A stretch of 32,000 nucleotides of DNA, taken from Opitutales bacterium. GTDB lineage: Bacteria > Verrucomicrobiota > Verrucomicrobiia > Opitutales > PNEW01. The DNA lies in assembly GCA_965219535.1 (NCBI GenBank), contig CBDCNV010000001.1, forward strand, positions 270,001-302,000, in the 5' to 3' direction. The position numbers and the translations under genes were made by a program. Of the stretch, positions 25,459 to 32,000 are shown one piece after another. Under the pieces are notes generated by a model, which was not told where the DNA came from, ran no database searches, and saw nothing but the letters and a program-made list of their open reading frames with translations. How positions within the stretch are numbered: the first letter of the stretch is position 1; each line of letters starts with the position of its first letter.

Positions 25459-26495
25459 TCCACTGCGGCCGTTTCTTGATTATTCTTTTTACCGCGATCG
25501 ACCTTGTTATTAGATAAGGGAATATCCTCGTCCCAGCTGCGCCGTGTGGCGGCGAGAAAAATATCTTCAAGGTTGGGCACCTTGCGCCTGAGCTCCCGCA
25601 ATCTGAACTGTGGATGCTCATACAGTCGTGTTAAAATTTCCTCACTCAAGTCACGCGTATGAGGTGTTGTCAGTTCAAGGTCGTAATAATCATCATTTAC
25701 AACGGGGAGCGATGAGCTGATCTCAAGATCGGGGTCAATTTCTCTGAGCAGAGAATCGAGGGCTGAAGTATTTCCCTTCAAATTCAGGGTATAGGTTGTA
25801 GTATTGATAAATTCATTGCGCAAGCTCTCCGATGTCCCACAAGCCACAATGTGTCCCTGGTTAATAATGATTACTCGATCACAGCACAGTTCCACTTCTG
25901 AAAGTATATGGCTCGATATTATGACCGTCATTTTACCGCGCAGATTTTTTATGAGGTCGCGAATCATGAGGACCTGATGTGGATCGAGGCCGATCGTAGG
26001 TTCGTCCATGATGATAACTTCCGGTTCAGATAGAATGGCATCGGCGATACCAACGCGTTGTCGATACCCTTTCGAAAGGGTGGCAATAACTTTACGCCGC
26101 GCTGTTCGGTTTAAATCACACAATTCAAGTGTTTCTTCGACGCGGTCTTTTAATTGTTTGCGTGGGATCTCTTTAAGACGACCTCGATAATATAAGTACT
26201 CAACGACCCGCATATCTTCAGGCAGCGGATTATTTTCTGCCATGTACCCGATGCGCCTTTTTATTTCGTCGGGGTTGCTGGCAATGGGGATACCACATAT
26301 TTTAGCGGAACCTGATTTCGCGGTGATCAACCCGCAGAGGATACGCATGGTCGTACTTTTCCCTGCGCCATTTGGGCCGAGAAATCCTACAATTTCTCCT
26401 TTTTCAACATTGAAAGAGACTTCATGAATGGCCATCACCGGGCCATAATATTTTGTCAGGTTTGTTACTTCTATGCTATGTTCTTGGTTGAGCAT
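25455..26495 (-). CDS. ABC transporter ATP-binding protein (GldA/DrrA-like) with a C-terminal accessory domain
   Basis: 346 aa. Walker A GPNGAGKST, signature LSKGYRQR, Walker B IIIMDEPT, H-loop SSHIL. Confidence 0.9.
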   Translation of the reverse strand: MLNQEHSIEVTNLTKYYGPVMAIHEVSFNVEKGEIVGFLGPNGAGKSTTMRILCGLITAKSGSAKICGIPIASNPDEIKRRIGYMAENNPLPEDMRVVEYLYYRGRLKEIPRKQLKDRVEETLELCDLNRTARRKVIATLSKGYRQRVGIADAILSEPEVIIMDEPTIGLDPHQVLMIRDLIKNLRGKMTVIISSHILSEVELCCDRVIIINQGHIVACGTSESLRNEFINTTTYTLNLKGNTSALDSLLREIDPDLEISSSLPVVNDDYYDLELTTPHTRDLSEEILTRLYEHPQFRLRELRRKVPNLEDIFLAATRRSWDEDIPLSNNKVDRGKKNNQETAAVE

Positions 26496-26572
26496 AAATT
26501 AATGCATAATGATAAAATTCGGTGATGACTATAGGAATCAACTAATAAGACACACAGAGCTGAGGACGACTT

Positions 26573-27352
26573 TCAATCTTTTTTACACTCTATAAAAGCT
26601 GCAGCGAGGCCTTGCAACGTAATGTCAGGATTAAATTCTATATCTTTAAGCCACTTTTGCGGTAAAATACCTGCACTTCCTCCGGTTGCGATGATCGTGG
26701 GTTCTGAATGCCCAAGTTGAATTAATTCAGCACGCACACAATCCAATAGTGATTGAATCATGCCCTCGAAGCCTACCACGCAACCTATTTTCATTGCCTC
26801 CACGGTGGTCTTTCCAATTCCGGCGGAGACGATTAATTCTTGCGGGTTGAGTTCGGGGAGCAATGCCGTTTGTTCATGAAGATAGCGAGTGATTACGGTC
26901 AACCCGGGAGCGATGATCCCTCCTTCGTATCCATCTTTTGTAACAATATCAAAATTAACCGTCGTTCCCATATCGATAACAACTGTAGGGACACCGTAGA
27001 GTATCTTGGCCCCAATGGAATTGGCTAACCTATCCTGTCCGATTTCTTGTGGATTCGGGTAATTAATAGGAATAGGACAATTCTCACAAGTCAAATGAAG
27101 GAAAGGAACTTGAGATTGTGTCGTTGATAATATCTTTTCCAACCACTTAGTGGCGGGTGGAACGACAGAGCTAAAAGCAATACCATCAAGTAAATCTCCA
27201 CGCAAATGTGCGTCTGTTAACGCCGTCGATAACTCATTGTCCGCTTCTTCGAGAGAAGGAGTTAAAACACTCGCAGTGTGTTTTGTCTGGTTCTCAATAA
27301 CTAACCCGAACCGGGTAGTAGTATTGCCTATATCGATAGAAAAAATCTTCAT
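26573..27352 (-). CDS. coaX: Type III pantothenate kinase
   Basis: MKIFSIDIGNTTTRFG (DxGNT), ...DMGTTVNFD..., ...ATGGSA. I chose the ATG at complement 27350-27352, which gives an ATGA overlap with the birA stop. The track start at 27364 adds 4 residues. Confidence 0.85.
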   Translation of the reverse strand: MKIFSIDIGNTTTRFGLVIENQTKHTASVLTPSLEEADNELSTALTDAHLRGDLLDGIAFSSVVPPATKWLEKILSTTQSQVPFLHLTCENCPIPINYPNPQEIGQDRLANSIGAKILYGVPTVVIDMGTTVNFDIVTKDGYEGGIIAPGLTVITRYLHEQTALLPELNPQELIVSAGIGKTTVEAMKIGCVVGFEGMIQSLLDCVRAELIQLGHSEPTIIATGGSAGILPQKWLKDIEFNPDITLQGLAAAFIECKKD

Positions 27353-28359
27353 GGGGATAGACAAGATAAAGTTTCAGCGCTGCCCAAACTGACTTCTCCC
27401 GCTCGCAGCACGTGCATTTTATCATGTTCATCTTTCAGAAGCAATGAACCTTCCTCATCAATACCTTCTACCTTCCCGCTTAGAGATGAAGTCTGAGTCT
27501 TTACAGTTACACGTTTTGATTTTAATGCGTTGTAACGGTCCCATAGTTCGAAAAAATCCGCACTATAATTACCAGCGCTAAATTGTTCGTATGCCTTCAC
27601 TCCGGCGATAACAAGGTTTGCGGCAAAATGGTTGATCTGCAGAGGTTTTCCAATTTCAGAAGCCAGCGAGGTAGCGTTGGCCGCAATTTCAGAAGGCCAT
27701 TGCTTGCAGTCGCTGTTCACATTCAGGCCGAGCCCAAAAACAAGATCACGCATTTGATCGGCGTCGACTCTTGCCTCGGTCAAAATACCCGCAACTTTTT
27801 TCTTCTTAAGCACTATATCATTTGGCCATTTTAATTCTACTGGCAATTCGCAGATTCTATTTAACAATTCACAAATGTTAAGTCCCATCCACAAGGTAAA
27901 AGGCTGCATCCGCGCGGGGGGAAGTTGTGGACGAAAGACATAACTCATATAAATATTACCTTCTTCCGGGCTATGCCATTTTCGACCTAACCGCCCGCGT
28001 CCCACTTGCTGTTTAGAGGCCATAATAATAAATGGCACTTCTCTTCCATCGGCCAACTGGCGTTCAGCTTCGGAGTTGGTACTGTCAATCTCGGGGAAAA
28101 AAACAATTTTTGTAGAAGAACTTTCCAACGCGAGGTAGGCGCGTATGAGAGAGGCATTTAATTCCCCGGGTTCACAACTGATACGATAACCGCGATGACG
28201 CACCGCATCAAAGGTAAAACCCTGTTCTCGTAACTTTTCCAGCCGAGCCCAAATGCCGACTCGTGAGATCCCCACTTTTTTTGCCAGAATATTACCGGAA
28301 ATATACTTACCCCGCACTGCAAGCAGGGATTTAAGAATAATGACGTCAGGATCATCCAT
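27349..28359 (-). CDS. birA: Bifunctional biotin-protein ligase / biotin operon repressor (class II BirA with N-terminal HTH)
   Basis: 336 aa. N-terminal winged HTH (ISGNILAKKVGISRVGIWARLEKLREQG). Ligase motif QQVGRGRLGRKWHSP. Confidence 0.9.
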   Translation of the reverse strand: MDDPDVIILKSLLAVRGKYISGNILAKKVGISRVGIWARLEKLREQGFTFDAVRHRGYRISCEPGELNASLIRAYLALESSSTKIVFFPEIDSTNSEAERQLADGREVPFIIMASKQQVGRGRLGRKWHSPEEGNIYMSYVFRPQLPPARMQPFTLWMGLNICELLNRICELPVELKWPNDIVLKKKKVAGILTEARVDADQMRDLVFGLGLNVNSDCKQWPSEIAANATSLASEIGKPLQINHFAANLVIAGVKAYEQFSAGNYSADFFELWDRYNALKSKRVTVKTQTSSLSGKVEGIDEEGSLLLKDEHDKMHVLRAGEVSLGSAETLSCLSP

Positions 28360-28454
28360 GTGTTAAAATGAGGGTCGCTATACCGCGTAAGAGAAAGCTG
28401 ATATAGACGAGAAATTAAATTAAATTGTTTAACGAAAACACGTTCTCGGCAATC

Positions 28455-29405
28455 TTAAATCAGTTTCCAATCCAGACCAATATCCATCCATTTGCTTTGA
28501 TGGATGAGCGCACCCAGGGAAATGAAATCGAGTCCGAGATCGGCCATTTGAGGTAACAACTCAATAGAAATGCCGCCACTCGCTTCTTTTATCGCTCGAT
28601 TACCGACGATTTTAACAGCTTCATTCAGTTCATTGACACTGAAATTATCGAATAGAATGATATCTGTACCCGCCTCTAGTACGGGATCGATTTGTTCGAG
28701 GTTATCGACTTCGACTTCGATTACGAGACCGGGTGAATTTTCACGCGCCCGGCATATCAGCTCCGTCAATGCATGGCCGGCGTTTACGCCAGAGACAGCT
28801 AAATGATTGTCTTTAAGTAAGACCCAGTTGAATAAGCCCATTCGATGATTCCATGCTCCACCACGAGCGACGGCATATTTTTCCAGGACGCGAAGACCGG
28901 GTGTCGTTTTCCTCGTGTCCAGGAGTCGAGTTTGGCTATTTCCCAGAGCAGAAACATAAGCTGAAGTGAGCGTTGCGATTCCCGACAGGTGCTGGAGAAA
29001 ATTCAATAACACGCGTTCGGCCTGCAGCAAGGTATTGGCGGGGCCGCTTATTGAAGCGAGGATTTCATTTTCATGAACGCGAAATCCTTCTTCAACCTCT
29101 TGTTTATAGACACAGCCTTCACCATAAGCATTAAGGACGATAGGAACCAGAGGCAGGCCGGCGATTACAAATTCAGAACGCGCGACGATTGATGCTTCAC
29201 TTTCAAAGCTTTCATCTAATTTAAGGCTATTTGTGGATACATCGCCAACCACCTTCGGTAATGCCACTAATCCAGATCCTTCAAAATCTTCCTCTTTGGC
29301 TATAAGGATAAGTTGTCGTAAGTAGACCGGATCAAGATCATCCCAGGACAGCTGGCGAAAGAGATGTGACTTCGCGTCAATATGCTTGTGGTTATCACTC
29401 GCCAT
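28455..29405 (-). CDS. nadC: Nicotinate-nucleotide pyrophosphorylase (carboxylating)
   Basis: 316 aa. LLDTRKTTPGLRVLEKYAVARGGAWNHRMGL...LLKDNH is the QPRTase signature. Confidence 0.9.
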   Translation of the reverse strand: MASDNHKHIDAKSHLFRQLSWDDLDPVYLRQLILIAKEEDFEGSGLVALPKVVGDVSTNSLKLDESFESEASIVARSEFVIAGLPLVPIVLNAYGEGCVYKQEVEEGFRVHENEILASISGPANTLLQAERVLLNFLQHLSGIATLTSAYVSALGNSQTRLLDTRKTTPGLRVLEKYAVARGGAWNHRMGLFNWVLLKDNHLAVSGVNAGHALTELICRARENSPGLVIEVEVDNLEQIDPVLEAGTDIILFDNFSVNELNEAVKIVGNRAIKEASGGISIELLPQMADLGLDFISLGALIHQSKWMDIGLDWKLI

Positions 29406-29496
29406 TTTAATTATTTATTTATTGCTTTCAAAGACTGGACTTAATTTCTATAAACTCCAGTGCATAATTTAAAATTAACTAAGAAAGGCACAACTC

Positions 29497-29877
29497 ATGA
29501 CATTATTTTTGCATACTCGAGTTCGCGTAAGCGATTTAGAAAAATCAATTAAATTTTATTGTGATAATTTTGATTTTCAGGTGAAGAGCCGATCTGAGAA
29601 GTCACCGGCCGGTAATCAAATCGTACACCTGGAACTTCCCGGGAATGCCCATACTCTGGAATTAACTTATTCTTCTGACTACGAGGTAAAAGTTCCCGAC
29701 GATCTGATGCATTTTGCACTCGGGGTTCCCGATCTCATTGCCTATTGTGATAAACTGGAAAAGGCGGGAATTGAAATCTGGCCTGACGGATGGCGCGAAC
29801 AGTTTCCCACGGGATTGAAAATGGCTTTTGTCGACGACCCTGATGGGTACGAAATAGAATTACTTGAAAATGATTAA
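29497..29877 (+). CDS. Small VOC protein, lactoylglutathione lyase (glyoxalase I)-like
   Basis: 126 aa. LHTRVRVSDLEKSIKFY... and FVDDPDGYEIELLE resemble short GloA-type enzymes. Confidence 0.7.
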   Translation: MTLFLHTRVRVSDLEKSIKFYCDNFDFQVKSRSEKSPAGNQIVHLELPGNAHTLELTYSSDYEVKVPDDLMHFALGVPDLIAYCDKLEKAGIEIWPDGWREQFPTGLKMAFVDDPDGYEIELLEND

Positions 29878-29902
29878 TGCTTTGTTTTCGACCACGTTAG
29901 TT

Positions 29903-29969
29903 TTGTCATTGCGAGGGAGACTATATGGCGACCGCGGTAGCTTCGTCGTTTCACTCCTCGCAATGACAA
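29903..29969. repeat. Perfect 14-bp inverted repeat (TTGTCATTGCGAGG / CCTCGCAATGACAA) with a 39-nt spacer
   Basis: Read directly. The arms lie at 29903-29916 and 29956-29969. They sit between convergent genes. Confidence 0.85.
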
Positions 29970-30044
29970 CAGTGTGAAGAAGGCAGACGAAAACGAAGAC
30001 GAAGATGGCATTCGCTAAATTGAACGTGAACCCTGAACCCCTTC

Positions 30045-30139
30045 ATTCGTATATCATTCTACCTGATATTCGACGTTTGATATCCGATATTCGATTTTTG
30101 AAGTGATTAAATTACTTCGTATATCGGATATCGTATATC
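30045..30139. repeat. Array of five TCG(T/A)ATATC 9-mers in mixed orientation that form two hairpins
   Basis: Forward copies at 30047-30055, 30117-30125 and 30131-30139. Reverse copies (GATATTCGA) at 30065-30073 and 30086-30094. 30079-30094 pairs with 30117-30132 at 15/16 positions. 30047-30055 pairs with 30065-30073 at 8/9. Confidence 0.75.
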
Positions 30140-30206
30140 TTTCTCCCAGAACGAAAACGAAAATTGTGCCAGGCTTCCTTACTCTTCACACATTCAAACG
30201 GATTAA

Positions 30207-30986
30207 TTAATAGGATCGCGATTTGGATAGATGGACAAAGAGGAGCAGAGTGCTGAGGATTAATCCAGGCCATGCTACAAGCATTGGGTTGCGGAAGAGA
30301 TAAGCCTGATTTTGCTTGAGGATAGAGCCAAGTTCTGGAAAATCGGGATCACCGATAAGACCGAGAAAAGCTAATCCGCTAAGTTCGAGGACGCAGATTG
30401 CTAAAATAAGTTTAGCCAGTCCGAGAAGGTCCGGTCGCAAATTAGGCCATAATGTATAGGCCAAAAGATGGCGTCGCCCCGCGCCGAGAATTTCAGTGGC
30501 GAGAACATAGAGCGCATTGCGTTGTTCGATCCACAGAATACGCAGTTGTCGAAAGGCTAAGGGCACATTTCCCAGTGAAACAGCAATAATGAGCGTACCA
30601 ACAGAAGGTTTAAGAAAGACCATTATCACTAACCCGATGAGAATCACAGGGACTGCTACCCATATACCAATCCCCAGCGGAATGACGCGTCGCAATAATC
30701 GGGGCCCGCTTTGTTCGATGAAGAGGAGAACCGATGCGACAATAAAGTTTAAAGATAAAGCGATCAAAGCCATCGCGACGGTATTGCCTGCACCGCGCCA
30801 AAGGCGACTGCCGAAGTCACGACCGAGCCCATCGATTCCAAACCAGTGAGAAAAACTGGCACTGGAAAAAGCAAGGTTTCGAAAATCCTGCTCCATTGGA
30901 TTATAAGGGGTGTAGAATAAACCTATAAGTGACAGGCCCAGAGCACTCCAGGTGGCGTATTCAAAAATGGTAGAAAAACGATTCAT
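30207..30986 (-). CDS. Peptide/nickel (Dpp/Opp-type) ABC transporter permease, DppC/OppC-like
   Basis: 259 aa. HWFGIDGLGRDFGSRLWRG and LATEILGAGRRHLLAYTLWPNL are the family motifs. Confidence 0.85.
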   Translation of the reverse strand: MNRFSTIFEYATWSALGLSLIGLFYTPYNPMEQDFRNLAFSSASFSHWFGIDGLGRDFGSRLWRGAGNTVAMALIALSLNFIVASVLLFIEQSGPRLLRRVIPLGIGIWVAVPVILIGLVIMVFLKPSVGTLIIAVSLGNVPLAFRQLRILWIEQRNALYVLATEILGAGRRHLLAYTLWPNLRPDLLGLAKLILAICVLELSGLAFLGLIGDPDFPELGSILKQNQAYLFRNPMLVAWPGLILSTLLLFVHLSKSRSY

Positions 30987-30997
30987 GCTATTTTAAT

Positions 30998-31999
30998 TCA
31001 ACTTGTTGAATCGGAATGTCTCCTCACAGTTGGGTTAGAAAGAAAGGCGAGTAAATCTGCTGTGCTGATTATCAAATAGGCCAGGAGGATGATCAAGAGC
31101 AGGCCGTTCTCGACGACAAAGAGATCGCGATTCAACACAGCTTCTACGAGGTAACGTCCCATACCCGGCCAGGAAAACACCGATTCTGTGAGTACCGCTC
31201 CGCCGAGGAGAGCGCCGAAATTTGTACCGACGACAGTGATGACTGCAGCGCCCAGTAAGCGAAGAACATGGATTAGCCAGATGCGCGATTCGCTTAGCCC
31301 TTTAGCCCTTAAAGCGCGGACTAAAGTGTGCAAGCGCGGATCGGCAAATCGAGCTTGTAAAACGCCGCAAACCAATGCCGCTGGGTAAAGTGAAAGGCAG
31401 CAGACCGGCAGGGCGAGATACTGGAAAGTAGCGCCTAACATATCTAAACGCCCGGCAGCCAGGGAATCAAAAATTAAAAATCCGCTGCCCTGGGGAATTG
31501 GGAGAGTGAAATCGAAGCGCCCTCCGCTGGGAAACCAGCCCAACCATAAACTACCTACGACGATGAATAAAAAGCCCAACCAGAAAATGGGTACTGTGAG
31601 GCCTAATGCACCCAACCCAAGCGCGGTATTGCGCAATAGACCGGACTTGAACCATTGAGCGCTGAACGCCGCGCCGAGACCCAAAATAACACCCAGAAAT
31701 AAAGCGACGAATGCCAATTCTAAAGTAGCGGGAAAATACTCGCTGATCTCCTCTCGAACAGTTTGTCCAGTGATTAAACTATCGCCCCAATTGCCACGCA
31801 CAAAGCTGGTAATATAATGAAGGTATTGATTAATTAAAGGTTCATCCAGTCCCAATTCTGCACGAATTGCCGCCACTCTTTCTGGATCAGGATTCTTCAG
31901 GCGGAGGGAGACTGGATCCCCAGGGACAAGATTGACAGCAGTAAAGATCACCGCACTCGCAATAAAGAATACGAGTAGCAGCACCCACCCCTTATGCAA
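30998..31999 (-). CDS. Peptide/nickel (Dpp/Opp-type) ABC transporter permease, DppB/OppB-like (possibly N-terminally truncated by the window edge)
   Basis: 333 aa. LVPGDPV near the N-terminus, RAKGLSESRIWLIHVLR, WPGMGRY. The first in-window codon is TTG at the window edge, so the true start may lie beyond 32000. Confidence 0.85.
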   Translation of the reverse strand: MHKGWVLLLVFFIASAVIFTAVNLVPGDPVSLRLKNPDPERVAAIRAELGLDEPLINQYLHYITSFVRGNWGDSLITGQTVREEISEYFPATLELAFVALFLGVILGLGAAFSAQWFKSGLLRNTALGLGALGLTVPIFWLGFLFIVVGSLWLGWFPSGGRFDFTLPIPQGSGFLIFDSLAAGRLDMLGATFQYLALPVCCLSLYPAALVCGVLQARFADPRLHTLVRALRAKGLSESRIWLIHVLRLLGAAVITVVGTNFGALLGGAVLTESVFSWPGMGRYLVEAVLNRDLFVVENGLLLIILLAYLIISTADLLAFLSNPTVRRHSDSTS

Positions 32000-32000
32000 G

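Noticed and set aside
29434-29461. Inverted repeat ACTGGA-N16-TCCAGT in the nadC/gloA-like divergent promoter (possible NAD-regulator operator)
   Set aside because: The arms are only 6 bp, and it matches no regulator motif I can name. It is within chance expectation.
30005-30106. 33-aa ORF MAFAKLNVNPEPLHSYIILPDIRRLISDIRFLK in the convergent intergenic region
   Set aside because: Its sequence is dictated by the 9-mer repeats (the DIRRLISDIRFL part). It has no ribosome-binding context and is most likely translated repeat DNA.
30045-30139. CRISPR-like array
   Set aside because: The repeats are only 9 nt, in mixed orientation, with irregular 3-22 nt spacing. No cas genes are present, so this is not a CRISPR.
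29972-30191. MITE interpretation using GTGTGAAGA / TCTTCACAC as terminal inverted repeats
   Set aside because: Only 9 bp are perfect, with a gapped 5/6 extension. A chance match of this size within a 329-bp region is not improbable, and no target-site duplication is visible. I kept it only as a note within the broader finding.
1-32000. Defence systems, prophage or mobile-element content
   Set aside because: I recognised no nuclease, helicase, methyltransferase, toxin-antitoxin, integrase, transposase or phage structural signatures in any supported ORF.

Overview
This is a gene-dense bacterial chromosomal window with 32 supported CDSs. I saw no rRNA, tRNA, CRISPR array, transposase, integrase or recognisable defence gene. 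The protein content suggests a PVC-type (Verrucomicrobia/Planctomycetes-like) genome. The clues are an SHD1-like/TlpA fusion, expanded xylose-isomerase-like TIM-barrel and Gfo/Idh/MocA families, and a GldG/DUF4340 module. This taxonomic call is inference only.

Layout:
(a) 1-2569, minus strand: housekeeping genes ftsY (partial), nusB, ribH and ribBA. The GTP-cyclohydrolase-II half of ribBA has lost its zinc cysteines.
(b) 2797-13649: an accessory-looking oxidative, non-phosphorylative catabolic island. Two operons converge, and an MFS gene diverges from the second operon. It holds two tandem 2-hydroxyacid dehydrogenases, three paralogous TIM-barrel isomerase/epimerase-like proteins, a PhyH-type dioxygenase, an HpcH aldolase, a VOC protein, a Gfo/Idh/MocA oxidoreductase and an SDR. 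It has no kinase, glycoside hydrolase or regulator.
(c) 13761-14537: a secreted SHD1-like/thioredoxin (TlpA) fusion.
(d) 14545-29405: a long minus-strand run of nadC, birA, coaX, a five-gene envelope operon, accB, accC, Asp23, an AmaP-like gene and thiE. The envelope operon encodes an ABC ATPase, an ABC-2 permease, a GldG-like protein, a DUF4340-like protein and a 927-aa AsmA-like protein.
(e) 29497-31999: a gloA-like gene, a repeat-rich 329-bp convergent intergenic region, and two Dpp/Opp-type permease genes (the last may run off the window).

The best candidates for an undescribed system are the five-gene envelope operon (18403-26495) and the catabolic island. All functional calls come from motif recognition by eye; no searches were run.
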